DNA of 64,000 nt from an uncultured Candidatus Saccharibacteria bacterium (GTDB lineage Bacteria; Patescibacteriota; Saccharimonadia; Saccharimonadales; JAGQNJ01), in NCBI GenBank assembly GCA_965231045.1, contig OZ246406.1:642208-706207 (forward strand), given 5' to 3'. This document shows positions 18,066-28,465 of this stretch, piece after piece. A program made the translations under genes and the position numbers. The notes under the pieces were generated by a model. The model was given only the letters and a program-made list of their open reading frames with translations. It was not told the origin of the DNA and did no database searches. Each line of letters starts with the position of its first letter. Position 1 is the stretch's first letter.

Positions 18066-20648
18066 TTGAGTGCTATGATTACCTATATGCAAAAAACACA
18101 GACGAAGTCTTGTCTCGTTGTAACTTATGGTCCTGTCCCTACAAGTCAATATCAAACAGTCGAAGGTGGCGGTATGCGCGCCTGGGGCTTGGCTAAGGGT
18201 TTACAGCGCAACGGCATAGACGTTACAGTCGCAGTCAACAATTCATTCAAACAAGACCTTGAAGAATTTGAGGACATAAAACTCATAAACTGGGGTCTTG
18301 ATGATACTTTTGCAGATGTTATAAATAGTTTTGACGCGGTAGTTATAAGCTACTGCATGGGTGATGCTTCGGTATTCGTTGCCGATCGTATAAACGATGA
18401 TGTGCAATTAATCCTCGATGCCTACGTTCCTATATATATTGAAGTTTCTGCCCGTGAGTCAAAAGATATTCTTACAGAGTATAAAAACTATGCCGCAGAT
18501 ATCGTTCGCTTTAATCACGTATTAAAACGGGGTGATTATTTCTTGTGTGCGAGTGAATCACAAAAAACATTCTATACAGGAGTGTTGTCCTCACTTGGCA
18601 TTATTAACCCACGCTCTTATCGTGAAGACCGAATTTTGATTGTGCCTTTTGGTATTCATGATGATCCGATTGATACCAAAGAAAATCCATACGAAAAGTT
18701 TGGAATTAAGAAATCAGATTTTGTGGTTTTGTATTTTGGCGGACTTTATCCCTGGTTTCGTGTTGAAGAATTACTTGATGCTATGAAGAATATGTCATCT
18801 CACAAAGACATTAAATTTGTGTTTGTTGGTGGCAAAAATCCATTTAACCCTAACCCAGACTTTTTCCGACAATATGAAAAAACAGTTAAGTTCGCCAAAG
18901 ACGAAGGGCTGGAAGGAAAAACAATATTCTTCGAGGATTGGGTTGATTTTAATGATCGAGTTAATTGGTATGTGCATGCCGATATGGTAATAAGCCTCAA
19001 CCAGCCTGGTGAAGAAAACGGATTTTCTTGGCGTACCCGAGTAATGGACTACGTCTGGGGCGAGTTAGCTATTTTAACTAATGGTGGTGACCCTCTGAGT
19101 GAAATACTTCTAAAAAACGATGCCGCGCTTCGTCTTAAGCATTTATCTTCAGAAGCAATCGATGAAGCCTTGCTAGAACTCTACGAAAACCGAACTGAGT
19201 TGCAAAATATTAAACAAAACGTAAAGAATATTAAGCCTGAATTCTATTGGCACACGATAGTTGCACCAATGGTTACTCATATTCAAGCTCACACTACACC
19301 ATGGCACGAAGAAAGTACTTACGTAAAGAAAAATGATCTTCAACCAGCCAATACTTTTGAGCTTAGTGAGCCAGTAAATAAATCAGGCAAGCTAAGTAAG
19401 GCTATCCGTCTCGTTCCAAGAACTATTTCATACGCCCGACGAAAAGGCCTAATTACGTCAGTAAAGATGAGTGCTAACATGGCGAAAACTCAAGCCAAGA
19501 AACGACTGCGTTCAAGCCAAGATCGACAGTTTGTATTTATTGCTCACCCAATGGATAACACTGGCGGACCACTGGTACTAATGCAAATCATCGAAGAATT
19601 TGCTAAAAAATATGGCGGCAAACGCGTTCGGCTTATTGCACCTATGGTTTTACCTGAACACCAAGAAAAACTGAAAAAACTTGGAGTTAAGTTCGAGAAA
19701 GCTGCACATGCCCTAAGTTTTAGAATGATACGACTTCAATTAGGTCTCAAGAAAAATGATTTTGTGATGATGAATACGATTGCCATTTATGACAACTACC
19801 GGGAATTTATTTTGCTGTGGTTAAAGACAGGTCGTTTAAATCACGCCTACTGGTTTATACACGAAGACCAAGCCCAAATACCAGCCACCTGCCCATCATT
19901 TATTGAGAAGGTTACCGTAGACAAGATTCATAACATGGCTAAGAAAAAGAAACTTACCTTGTTGACGCCATCAGAACGTACAAGACAGGAGTATTCAAAG
20001 CTACTTAATGTGACAAATATAAAATCCGTGCCATTACATGTTGAAGTTGATAAGAAATACTTGGGAGCCCGCCCTGCAAGTGACTACAAGGAAATAAACT
20101 TCTTACTTTCTGGAACCGCATCAGACGGACGCAAAGGACAGCTATTGGCACTCTCAGCTTTCTATTACTTTATTGCTAACTTCCAGCAAAAAGATCCAAG
20201 GAATTACCGTAACTTTACTCTCGACTTAGTAGCCATAAAAGACGATTATATATCCCAGCAAATTAAATGGATCGGCGACTCTTTGCTTGGGAAGCACCTT
20301 AAAATGCATCCTCAGGTCAGCAAACAAAAGGCCATGGAAATTACCAGTAAATGTAATGCAGTGATTTGTTGCTCTTTGAACGAAACCTTTGGATTATACG
20401 TTGCAGAAGGTATGCTTATGGGCCACCTAGTGCTTAGAAATGATAGCGCCGGAATGGATGAGCAACTAAAAGACGGTGTTAATGGTTACTACATAAACCA
20501 TCACGACATAAAACAATTTGCTGGTGTTATTGAAAAGATCCTAAATAAGAAAACCAGCGATGAACAACTTCAAAAAATGGGTGTAAATTCTCAGAAAATA
20601 ATTCAAGCTTACGAAAAACACAGTTATATAGAGACTATTGGCAGCTAG
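18066..20648 (+). CDS. bifunctional-looking glycosyltransferase with two GT-B (GT1/GT4) modules
   Basis: 860 aa. The N-terminal half resembles GT4 (GGGMRAWGLAKGL...). The C-terminal half has a typical GT1 ending (SLNETFGLYVAEGMLMGHLVL...DGVNGY). Confidence 0.75.
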   Translation: MSAMITYMQKTQTKSCLVVTYGPVPTSQYQTVEGGGMRAWGLAKGLQRNGIDVTVAVNNSFKQDLEEFEDIKLINWGLDDTFADVINSFDAVVISYCMGDASVFVADRINDDVQLILDAYVPIYIEVSARESKDILTEYKNYAADIVRFNHVLKRGDYFLCASESQKTFYTGVLSSLGIINPRSYREDRILIVPFGIHDDPIDTKENPYEKFGIKKSDFVVLYFGGLYPWFRVEELLDAMKNMSSHKDIKFVFVGGKNPFNPNPDFFRQYEKTVKFAKDEGLEGKTIFFEDWVDFNDRVNWYVHADMVISLNQPGEENGFSWRTRVMDYVWGELAILTNGGDPLSEILLKNDAALRLKHLSSEAIDEALLELYENRTELQNIKQNVKNIKPEFYWHTIVAPMVTHIQAHTTPWHEESTYVKKNDLQPANTFELSEPVNKSGKLSKAIRLVPRTISYARRKGLITSVKMSANMAKTQAKKRLRSSQDRQFVFIAHPMDNTGGPLVLMQIIEEFAKKYGGKRVRLIAPMVLPEHQEKLKKLGVKFEKAAHALSFRMIRLQLGLKKNDFVMMNTIAIYDNYREFILLWLKTGRLNHAYWFIHEDQAQIPATCPSFIEKVTVDKIHNMAKKKKLTLLTPSERTRQEYSKLLNVTNIKSVPLHVEVDKKYLGARPASDYKEINFLLSGTASDGRKGQLLALSAFYYFIANFQQKDPRNYRNFTLDLVAIKDDYISQQIKWIGDSLLGKHLKMHPQVSKQKAMEITSKCNAVICCSLNETFGLYVAEGMLMGHLVLRNDSAGMDEQLKDGVNGYYINHHDIKQFAGVIEKILNKKTSDEQLQKMGVNSQKIIQAYEKHSYIETIGS

Positions 20649-21844
20649 TTAATTAGCCATCTGTGGTCAAGCAAAGCTACCCCATCAAGTTGCGTACTTT
20701 TAGTGATCCTAAATTCGGCAATTCTAGACATGTAGTTATAGACTGTTGTGGCCGAATCATTCATAGTGGCTAGTGTTATAGAATAATTACCTGGGGTTAG
20801 TTTCGCGTCAAAGGTAATAGTCAATTTTCCTTTTTTCTTTGAAGTCACACTCTGCTTATCGATTAAAGTGTTTGTACCAAAACAATAGACTCCTTGTTCA
20901 TTAAAAATTTGGAAGCCAAATCTTAAAGGTAATTCTTGAGAATTTGTAAAGGTTGTATTTATTCTGATTACGTCTCCAGGATCAAACGCAGTTTTTTCTT
21001 TTCCATCTTCACCCTTTAGAACAACAGTGCCAAATCTTGGCTTATTCTTATCCTCTTTGTTTTTTTCTTCACTATCTTTTTTTCGATGCTTTTCGCCAGC
21101 ATCATAGTTAAGCTCTAGGTAATGATCGGCTACAAGGGTTGGCTTTCCCACATCGATAATTTTTCCAGAATCGATTAATATAGCCCTGTCACAAAAACGA
21201 AGAACAGACCCCATGTCATGAGTAACCAAAACTATGGTCGTACCCATTTTCTTTAGCTCTGCGAAGACCTCAAAACATTTTTGTTGAAATGCTGCATCAC
21301 CTACCGCCAAGACTTCATCGATCAACAGTATATCTGATTGTGCTCTGATGGCAATCGAAAAAGCTAAGCGAACCTGCATGCCCGAAGAGTAGTTTTTTAG
21401 CTTTTGATCCATAAATTTTTCGAGTTCAGCAAACTCAACAATGTCATGATACATTTGGGACATTTCTTTTCTAGTAAACCCAAGTAAAGAACCATTTAAG
21501 TAGACGTTTTCTCGTCCAGTCAAATCCATATTAAATCCTACGCCCAATTCAATAAATGGCGTTAACTTACCGTTCACATTTATATTACCTCTATCAACAG
21601 AGTATATTCCTGCCAATAACTTAAGTAAGGTACTTTTACCGCTTCCATTACGTCCGACGATTCCAAAAAATTCACCTTTTTTAACCTCAAAGGATATATC
21701 CTTAAGAACTTGTTGTTTTTCATAACCACGTTTTTTGTAAAAGTTAAGAACCGCGCCTTTTATTGAAGTTACCTTTTCATGGGGCAATTTGAATCCCTTG
21801 CTTACCCCATCAACTTTAATAGCGATTTCTTGATTGTCTTCCAA
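20645..21844 (-). CDS. polysaccharide/teichoic-acid export ABC transporter ATP-binding protein (Wzt/TagH type) with C-terminal extension
   Basis: Walker A GRNGSGKST, signature YSSGMQVRLAF and Walker B ILLIDEV are present, plus an extra ~150-aa beta-rich C-terminal domain. The ORF track starts at 21898 and would overlap the permease by 53 nt. A TTG at 21844 preceded by GGAG is the more likely start. Confidence 0.9.
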   Translation of the reverse strand: MEDNQEIAIKVDGVSKGFKLPHEKVTSIKGAVLNFYKKRGYEKQQVLKDISFEVKKGEFFGIVGRNGSGKSTLLKLLAGIYSVDRGNINVNGKLTPFIELGVGFNMDLTGRENVYLNGSLLGFTRKEMSQMYHDIVEFAELEKFMDQKLKNYSSGMQVRLAFSIAIRAQSDILLIDEVLAVGDAAFQQKCFEVFAELKKMGTTIVLVTHDMGSVLRFCDRAILIDSGKIIDVGKPTLVADHYLELNYDAGEKHRKKDSEEKNKEDKNKPRFGTVVLKGEDGKEKTAFDPGDVIRINTTFTNSQELPLRFGFQIFNEQGVYCFGTNTLIDKQSVTSKKKGKLTITFDAKLTPGNYSITLATMNDSATTVYNYMSRIAEFRITKSTQLDGVALLDHRWLIN

Positions 21845-21845
21845 T

Positions 21846-22646
21846 TTAGATATTCTCCGCAAAGTTTTTAGATTCTTTCTTGAAATAAAGCACGCCAATC
21901 AAAATAGAAATAAACACAACTATAAACGGCACAAAAGCATACCAGGCTGAATGATCTACTTGCCAGACAGTTATCGTTTGGTGACTAACCAAGGCGTACC
22001 GGGCATCTTGAATTGCTTGAGCCATTGGATTCAAAAAGATGATTTTCTGGATAGTGACGTTTCTAATAAGTGAGATAGGGTAAAGGATAGGTATGAGATA
22101 AAACAAACCCTGAAGTATAACTTCCCAAATATATGTAACATCGCGATATTTAACAAATGCTGCGGATAGAAATAGCGACAATCCCAACGCAAAGATATAA
22201 ATTTCAAGAATGATAAACGGCAAGAATAATGATGTTCTTAGTATGTCGACATGATTGAAGTACATAAACACAGCAACCACTAATAGATTCAATCCTAGAT
22301 TAATAAGAGCCGATATACTACTTGAGATAATGATTATCCAACGAGGGATGTTTATCTTTCGAATTAGATCACCTCTGGCTACAATTGAACCAAGACTTTG
22401 CATGGTCATTTCGAAGAAAAAGCTCCACAGAACAATACCAAGCAATAAATATATAGGGTAATGCGGTATGCTCCCACCAAGTTTCAAGAACTTTACAAAT
22501 ACAACGTAAAGAATCAAAAACAACATCAGTGGTCGAAGTAATGACCACGCATAACCAAGGGCTGAATTTTGGTATCTGAGCTTGAAGTCAGTACGTACCA
22601 ATTCAGCCAGCAGGGCACGATTTCTCTTGGAAAATATATGTTTCAT
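21846..22646 (-). CDS. ABC-2 type polysaccharide export permease (Wzm/TagG type)
   Basis: 266 aa with 6 TM helices and the N-terminal motif FKLRYQNSALGYAWSLLRP typical of ABC-2 permeases. It lies directly upstream of the ATPase. Confidence 0.85.
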   Translation of the reverse strand: MKHIFSKRNRALLAELVRTDFKLRYQNSALGYAWSLLRPLMLFLILYVVFVKFLKLGGSIPHYPIYLLLGIVLWSFFFEMTMQSLGSIVARGDLIRKINIPRWIIIISSSISALINLGLNLLVVAVFMYFNHVDILRTSLFLPFIILEIYIFALGLSLFLSAAFVKYRDVTYIWEVILQGLFYLIPILYPISLIRNVTIQKIIFLNPMAQAIQDARYALVSHQTITVWQVDHSAWYAFVPFIVVFISILIGVLYFKKESKNFAENI

Positions 22647-22689
22647 GAGTAAATAACTTCTACCTATTATAGAATACTAAGGAGATTCT

Positions 22690-23712
22690 ATGAAATACCA
22701 TATTGCAATAATTGTACCTAACTGGAATGGCCATGATTTTATACGGCCTTGCCTAGACTCTTTATTGGCGCAAACTGTAAATCCTCATGTCATAGTTGTG
22801 GATAACGGATCAGTGGACGGCTCTCCAGAAATGATAGAACATGACTACCCAGATGTTGAATTAATTCGTCTTCCGAAAAACCGTGGTTTTGCTGGCGGTG
22901 TTAACGTTGGTATCCAAAAAGCTCTTCAATCGGGGGCGACATATATCGCCTTATTTAATGATGATGCTCAGGCAGATAAAGATTGGGCAAAGCACTTATC
23001 AGAAGTTCTAGATGAAAATGAAAACATCGGCATCGTAACTGGCAAGTTTTTGGACAAAACCGGAAAAACTATTGATAGCACTGGTGATTTGTATACAACC
23101 TGGGGACTCCCTTACCCAAGAGGGAGAGGTGAAAAAAACGAGAATAACTATGCTGATCGAGAGTATGTTTTTGGCGCTTCAGGCGGTGCTAGCATGTACC
23201 GCGCAGGTATGTTAAAAGAGATCGGTCTATTTGATGAAGATTTCTTTGCCTATTATGAGGACATTGATATTAGTTTTCGGGCTCAATTAGCTGGCTGGAG
23301 AATAATGTATGAACCTAGAGCAATCGCACATCACCTCATCGGAGCAACCAGCGGCAAGATTAAAGGTTTCACAACTTATCAAACTATGAAGAATTTGCCA
23401 TGGCTATTTTGGAAGAATGTTCCCAAGGGGCTCAGATGGAAAATATTTATCCGTTTTAAACTTGCCTACTTTAGTATTTGGTTTAGTTCTATTGCCAAAG
23501 GCAAGGGTTGGCCAGCCACCAAAGGAATGATTGTTATGCTGGTATTACTACCGAAGAAATTGTTCCAAAGACACAAAATTCAAAAAAACATCAAAGTTAC
23601 ACCCGAGTATATCGGCTCAGTTTTAACCTGGGATCTGCCCCCTAATGCAACCAAGCTTAAAAAAGTTCGCAAGAACTTACGACGACTTTTTCTTATTCGT
23701 CGTACGGACTAG
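22690..23712 (+). CDS. family 2 glycosyltransferase (rhamnosyltransferase-like)
   Basis: 340 aa with IVPNWNG...VVDNGSVDGS...NRGFAGGVN...FNDD, typical GT2 motifs. Confidence 0.85.
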   Translation: MKYHIAIIVPNWNGHDFIRPCLDSLLAQTVNPHVIVVDNGSVDGSPEMIEHDYPDVELIRLPKNRGFAGGVNVGIQKALQSGATYIALFNDDAQADKDWAKHLSEVLDENENIGIVTGKFLDKTGKTIDSTGDLYTTWGLPYPRGRGEKNENNYADREYVFGASGGASMYRAGMLKEIGLFDEDFFAYYEDIDISFRAQLAGWRIMYEPRAIAHHLIGATSGKIKGFTTYQTMKNLPWLFWKNVPKGLRWKIFIRFKLAYFSIWFSSIAKGKGWPATKGMIVMLVLLPKKLFQRHKIQKNIKVTPEYIGSVLTWDLPPNATKLKKVRKNLRRLFLIRRTD

Positions 23713-25041
23713 TTTGGCTGGCTTCATTACTAATTTCGTAGACACAATAACGCCCGCCAGACCCCACCAGGTATAGGCTACAGCTTCGTTTGACCAAATA
23801 TGAACCAAGAAATTGGTGAAAGCTAGTCCGATAAAGGCCGCAAACAAACCAAGAGCTATCCAGTCTGTATCAATGTACTCAAGTAAGTCCTTGCCCGTTA
23901 ACACTAAAATAGTCAGGAATAATATAAGCCCTAATACGCCAACTTCCTCGCCTATTTGCAAGTAATAATTTTCGTTAAGTTGAGTCCCTTGGACTTTATT
24001 GCTGATAGAAGCTAAGCCGGCAGTACCGGGTCCTTCACCCAAGGGTTGATGAGCAATTGTATCCACCGTTTGACGCCAAAACATCAGCCGTAGCTGGTTT
24101 GGATCCTGCAATTTGGTACTTTGGTCTGCATGAAAGATTACATTTTGAACCGTATAGGTATTTCTAAATACAAATAAGCCACTGCCTAGGAGCACCAATA
24201 AAACAACCATGCCAACCACAATTCTTTTAAACCACTTTGTTGGTACCAAGCCACCTTTGAGACCCATTATCACAATAATCGCCGCGCTTATTCCAAATCC
24301 AAGTAGTGCACTTCTAGAAAACGTGAACCAAATGCACATGACACTTAACGCCAAAAAGCCAATAGCCAAATTTCGTCGCTGTTTACGCCGCAGTAAGAGT
24401 GCTAAAGCTAACGAACCAATAATTATTAAGTAAGATCCTAGTGAATTTGGGTCACGAAGTGTCGAGGCGATGCGCAACAAGTTTGGTTTGTCATCAATAT
24501 AAAACGCTGGCAGTACTCCGTTGGAACGTTGGTAACCAACGTGGCTGAGTAAATTATGGGGTAGTACTGTGTATTGCAAAAAGCCAAAGATCAAAACTAA
24601 GAAGGCACTAGAAAACACAGCAATTAACGATCTTTTCCTTAGCTCCTTCCAGCCAACCAAGTTCGCTAGCAACAAGGCATAAACGAAAAATACTAAAAAC
24701 CTAAGATTGTATACAACTCCAAGTGCTTCAGCCCCTTGGTCTGTTGGCTTAACCAGGGCAAGCAATAATGTAAGCAACCCGTAGACAATAATCACCCATA
24801 TTAATGGCTTTTTAAAAAGCCCCTTAAACCATGGTTTATTAATCGACAATGCAAAGGCTGGTAAAAAGCCGACAATCATGACCGCATCTTTTAGACCTTT
24901 CATAATTGATAACAACCCAAGTGTCGTCCCAATCCATGTTGAAAGGAATATATGTAATGGCATATAAACTAGCAGGCCAATAAATATATACTCGCTGAAT
25001 TTTGTAACCGATTCTCTATTGATTGTGTTTTTCACGGTCAT
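23677..25041 (-). CDS. O-antigen ligase/polymerase-like (Wzy_C-type) membrane protein
   Basis: 454 aa with about 11 TM helices and a large loop after FTFSRSALLG. Its 3' end overlaps the convergent GT2 gene by 36 nt. Confidence 0.65.
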   Translation of the reverse strand: MTVKNTINRESVTKFSEYIFIGLLVYMPLHIFLSTWIGTTLGLLSIMKGLKDAVMIVGFLPAFALSINKPWFKGLFKKPLIWVIIVYGLLTLLLALVKPTDQGAEALGVVYNLRFLVFFVYALLLANLVGWKELRKRSLIAVFSSAFLVLIFGFLQYTVLPHNLLSHVGYQRSNGVLPAFYIDDKPNLLRIASTLRDPNSLGSYLIIIGSLALALLLRRKQRRNLAIGFLALSVMCIWFTFSRSALLGFGISAAIIVIMGLKGGLVPTKWFKRIVVGMVVLLVLLGSGLFVFRNTYTVQNVIFHADQSTKLQDPNQLRLMFWRQTVDTIAHQPLGEGPGTAGLASISNKVQGTQLNENYYLQIGEEVGVLGLILFLTILVLTGKDLLEYIDTDWIALGLFAAFIGLAFTNFLVHIWSNEAVAYTWWGLAGVIVSTKLVMKPAKLVRTTNKKKSS

Positions 25042-25071
25042 AACTTTGCCTTCTTATTGTAAACTGTATTC

Positions 25072-26166
25072 ATGCGTATTGTCATTGATGCCCGTATTCG
25101 TCGAGCTAGCACCGGTCGACCAATTGCTCACCTGCTTGAGGGTCTGCAGAAACTAGATCATGACAATCAATATATCATTTTGCTTCAACCCGACGACGAT
25201 TGGAAGCCTGAAAATGACAACTTCAGTGTTAAGCCGTGTAAATATCCGATTTTTTCTTTTAATCCGCTGCAGCAAATTACTTTTTCGTGGATGTTGTATC
25301 GACTTCGCGCAAATCTGGTTTACTTTACACTAACCCCTCAGCAGCCATTGCTGTATTTTAAAAAGCAAATTACCCTTACCCATGATCTTACAATGCTACG
25401 TTATGTACGGGCCGGTAGACTGCCCGAGTGGCTACACAAGCTTCGCATGGTCGGTTATCGCCTACTATTTTGGAATGCACACCGCAAAGCCAAAGCAATC
25501 ATTGTCCCGTCCGAGTATGTAGCCAAAGATTTGGCGCAACTACATAAATTTGCAAAACATAAGATCAAAGTCATTTATGAATCCAGCGAGCTCCCATTAA
25601 AGGGTAAATCTGAGCCTGTTCCATCTGTCAAAAAACCTTTTATCTTTCATGTTGGCAGCCCTTTTCCTCATAAGAATATTCCAAAACTAATAGCCGCCTT
25701 TGAAATACTTCACAAAAAGAATCCCAAGCTTTCATTAATACTCGGAGGTAAAAAGGAATACTACTTTGATCAGCTTGAAGATCATGTGATTGCCCACAGC
25801 ACGGCTGGTGAATCAATTATCGTGACAGGTTTTGTAAGTAACGAGCAATTAAAGTGGTTGTACGAAAACGCCGAAGCCTATGTGCTGCCATCCCTAAGTG
25901 AAGGTTTTGGACTTCCTGGCCTGGAGGCAATGGCCTATGACTGTCCATTAGTCAGTAGCAACGCAACTTGCTTACCTGAAATATACGGTAATGCAGCTGT
26001 TTATTTTGATCCGAAAAACGTAGAAGACATGGCTGAAAAGGTTTCTAAAGTTATTGGTAGCAGCTCGACACAGAAAGCTATAATAAAAAAGGGTGAAGCT
26101 CAACTTAAGAAATACTCCTGGGATAAAATGACCAAGGAAATGTTTGAGGCTATTAAAAAAGCCTAG
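25072..26166 (+). CDS. family 1 (GT4-type) glycosyltransferase
   Basis: 364 aa with the C-terminal motif PSLSEGFGLPGLEAMAYDCPLVSS (an E-x7-E type motif). Confidence 0.85.
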   Translation: MRIVIDARIRRASTGRPIAHLLEGLQKLDHDNQYIILLQPDDDWKPENDNFSVKPCKYPIFSFNPLQQITFSWMLYRLRANLVYFTLTPQQPLLYFKKQITLTHDLTMLRYVRAGRLPEWLHKLRMVGYRLLFWNAHRKAKAIIVPSEYVAKDLAQLHKFAKHKIKVIYESSELPLKGKSEPVPSVKKPFIFHVGSPFPHKNIPKLIAAFEILHKKNPKLSLILGGKKEYYFDQLEDHVIAHSTAGESIIVTGFVSNEQLKWLYENAEAYVLPSLSEGFGLPGLEAMAYDCPLVSSNATCLPEIYGNAAVYFDPKNVEDMAEKVSKVIGSSSTQKAIIKKGEAQLKKYSWDKMTKEMFEAIKKA

Positions 26167-26639
26167 CCTTCGTCTGGAGTTTTGTTTTCTGAAGGCTTTA
26201 GAATAATGTGACGGTCTCTGCCCTCGCCTACTGATTCAGTTTCTAGCCCCTCGTCATTAGCAAGTTTGTGAACCGTTCGTCTATCGGCAGCCGACATCGG
26301 CTTAAGCTCCATTGGCTCGCCAGTTTCTTTAACTTTTTTGACCCACGATTCCGCTCGTTCGCTGAGTCGTTCGGCACGCTGTTTTTTATAGTCAGCCACG
26401 TCTATGTGCACTCGAGAGTATTCGTAATCATTATTGCGGAGGGCACTGCTAACCATAAATTGAATTGATCGTAGAGTATCGCCTCGTTGCCCAATCAAAA
26501 ACCCGTTTAAATGAGTTGAAGGAACATGTAACTCAATAACGTCTTCGTCACCACGGGTTGCGTAGATATCAGTATTAAGTCCAAAGAACGACAAAATATC
26601 TTCTAAATATTTTTTGGCATATTGAATTGACTCTTCCAT
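26163..26639 (-). CDS. jag: Jag/SpoIIIJ-associated RNA-binding protein (KH + R3H domains)
   Basis: 158 aa with the R3H region SAADRRTVHKLANDEGLETESVGEGRDRHI. It lies immediately downstream of yidC. Confidence 0.85.
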   Translation of the reverse strand: MEESIQYAKKYLEDILSFFGLNTDIYATRGDEDVIELHVPSTHLNGFLIGQRGDTLRSIQFMVSSALRNNDYEYSRVHIDVADYKKQRAERLSERAESWVKKVKETGEPMELKPMSAADRRTVHKLANDEGLETESVGEGRDRHIILKPSENKTPDEG

Positions 26640-27559
26640 TATTTCCTCCGTTTCTTCTTATTTTTTTGGCTTTTTGATTTTTTAGGAGGGATAACTTCTG
26701 CTTCGATTGTTTCTTTGGTGTTTTTGTCCTTGGCAGTTGTTGGCGTCTCTAGTTCTTCTTCATCTTGCTTTAGGATTCTACTTTGCTGCCATATGGCCAT
26801 AAGTCCGCTTGTGAGCCAGTAGAGTGACAGTGCCGACGGCAAATTGACGGTTAATATAAAGATCATTCCCGGAACCAATACCAGCGTGCTACGGCCAACA
26901 GCGGCGTTAACTTCTGTTTGATCCGTCTTTTTACCTTGGCCTGCTGAACTTAAGATTTCACGCAGACTCTTGGAGTCCTTATTGTTTGGAAGCAGTTGTT
27001 TGCTTTGGAAGTATTGAGCTACCGCGCTACCCGCAACAAGAGCCATAGCTGGCCAATAAATTGGTTCGCCTTTATTTAAAGCGGCTTTCGTCAAGTCAAC
27101 TACTCCGAAAAGTGTGCTATCAAAAAGGTGAATGTTAGACGACAGCTGCTTCATCCAACTTAGGTTATGAAGTATTGGATACGAAAAGGTGATTATACTG
27201 TTTGGATCTTGGACAATCTTCCTGATTCCGCTATAAAGGGCAATCAATATTGGGATTTGAACAATCAATAATCCGATTGAAGCAAAAGGATTAATTTCCT
27301 TTTCTTTATACAGCTCCATGACCATAACAGATTCTTTCTGTCGGTCGCCTTTTGCCTCTTTTTTAATGCGTTTTAGCTCTGGCTGAAGCTCTCTCATTGC
27401 TTTGGCGTGATGTAACTGCTTTTTAACTAGAGGCCACATAAGCAGACGAACAACAATCGTAAATAATATAATAGCCAAACCAAAATTATGCCCTGGAATG
27501 ATCGCATATATTAGAACGAGCAAGTTAAATATAGGCTGGACGATAAGCGTCGTAAACAT
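26639..27559 (-). CDS. yidC: membrane protein insertase YidC (short Gram-positive type)
   Basis: 306 aa with LAIILFTIVVRLLMWPLVKKQ...MRELQPELKRIKKE and a basic C-terminal tail. It sits in rnpA-yidC-jag synteny. Confidence 0.9.
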   Translation of the reverse strand: MFTTLIVQPIFNLLVLIYAIIPGHNFGLAIILFTIVVRLLMWPLVKKQLHHAKAMRELQPELKRIKKEAKGDRQKESVMVMELYKEKEINPFASIGLLIVQIPILIALYSGIRKIVQDPNSIITFSYPILHNLSWMKQLSSNIHLFDSTLFGVVDLTKAALNKGEPIYWPAMALVAGSAVAQYFQSKQLLPNNKDSKSLREILSSAGQGKKTDQTEVNAAVGRSTLVLVPGMIFILTVNLPSALSLYWLTSGLMAIWQQSRILKQDEEELETPTTAKDKNTKETIEAEVIPPKKSKSQKNKKKRRK

Positions 27560-27641
27560 TAAAACTCCTTTTCTTCTTGTAATAATAGCACGATTAACAG
27601 ATTGACACGAGATTATTTAGCGTGTTTTTAACAGCATCTTT

Positions 27642-27986
27642 TTATATTAGCTTGGCTTTTTTTAACTGGTCGGCGATTATTTTTTGTAGCTCTTTATTTG
27701 GAATATCCTGGACTTGGTCGCTAAATACTGAAAAAACCATGTCGTATGGTTCGGAAATTGCTGGCTCATATTGCCTAACAATTTCATATATACGACGTCG
27801 TATACGATTCCTGACGACCGCCGATTTACTAACCTTTTTACTGACTACTACAGCGACTCGAGGGCTCTTTCGGCGTTCATTTTTGGCATATCGTAACATG
27901 CACTGAGTGCCACGAACGGTCTGACCACTCCTATAAACATAGTTAAGACTGCCGTAACCATGAAATCGAATTCGTTTAGCAATCAT
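27642..27986 (-). CDS. rnpA: ribonuclease P protein component
   Basis: 114 aa, basic, located between rpmH and yidC. RNR-like motif VVRNRIRRRI. Confidence 0.85.
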   Translation of the reverse strand: MIAKRIRFHGYGSLNYVYRSGQTVRGTQCMLRYAKNERRKSPRVAVVVSKKVSKSAVVRNRIRRRIYEIVRQYEPAISEPYDMVFSVFSDQVQDIPNKELQKIIADQLKKAKLI

Positions 27987-28008
27987 TAACTAAAACCTCT
28001 CTTGTATA

Positions 28009-28146
28009 TTAGAGGGCTACGCGTGCGCGACCCTTGAGTCGGCGTCGCTTCAATACTTTTTGGCCTGCTTTTGTAGACATGCGCTTGAAAAACCCGTGCT
28101 CGCGGGCGCGATGACGTTTTTTTGGCTGATATGTTCGTTTGGGCAT
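28009..28146 (-). CDS. rpmH: 50S ribosomal protein L34
   Basis: Not in the ORF track because it is under 60 aa. The reverse strand reads [45 protein letters not shown] (45 aa), the canonical L34 sequence. Confidence 0.95.
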   Translation of the reverse strand: MPKRTYQPKKRHRAREHGFFKRMSTKAGQKVLKRRRLKGRARVAL

Positions 28147-28310
28147 AATGGTACCTTTTTACTTCCTTCTATTTTAACAAGAATTCTTGTTTCTTGCTTA
28201 ACCCCGAATGCGTATAAAAATATGAAACGCAATGTTGAATTTTGTAGTGGGGTGAAATTAACAATATTTACCCCACTAATCCTACCAAGTTTTCCCCATA
28301 AGACCAAGTA

Positions 28311-28416
28311 TTTTCCACAATTTATCAGATGAGGTTTGCAACTGTGTATAAATTATGATCTGTTCGCGCTTTATTGTTATCACCACCAATAATGTGTCTT
28401 GCGGACTTGTGGAAAA
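28311..28416. promoter_or_regulatory. cluster of DnaA-box-like 9-mers upstream of dnaA (candidate oriC / dnaA autoregulatory region)
   Basis: TTTTCCACA (28311-28319), TGTGTATAA (28343-28351) and TGTGGAAAA (28408-28416) each differ by one mismatch from TTATCCACA/TGTGGATAA. Weaker TTATCACCA lies at 28377. The cluster sits in the rpmH-dnaA gap with AT-rich tracts. Confidence 0.5.
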
Positions 28417-28465
28417 GTCAGTATGCTCTAAGGTACAACGTGGAGAGTTTAATCAAGGGTGGAGC

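Noticed and set aside
28050-28332. 85-aa (minus) and 90-aa (plus) ORFs between rnpA and dnaA.
   Set aside because: They overlap the true 45-aa rpmH gene (28009-28146) in other frames and cover the DnaA-box region. No motifs or RBS were found. They are spurious.
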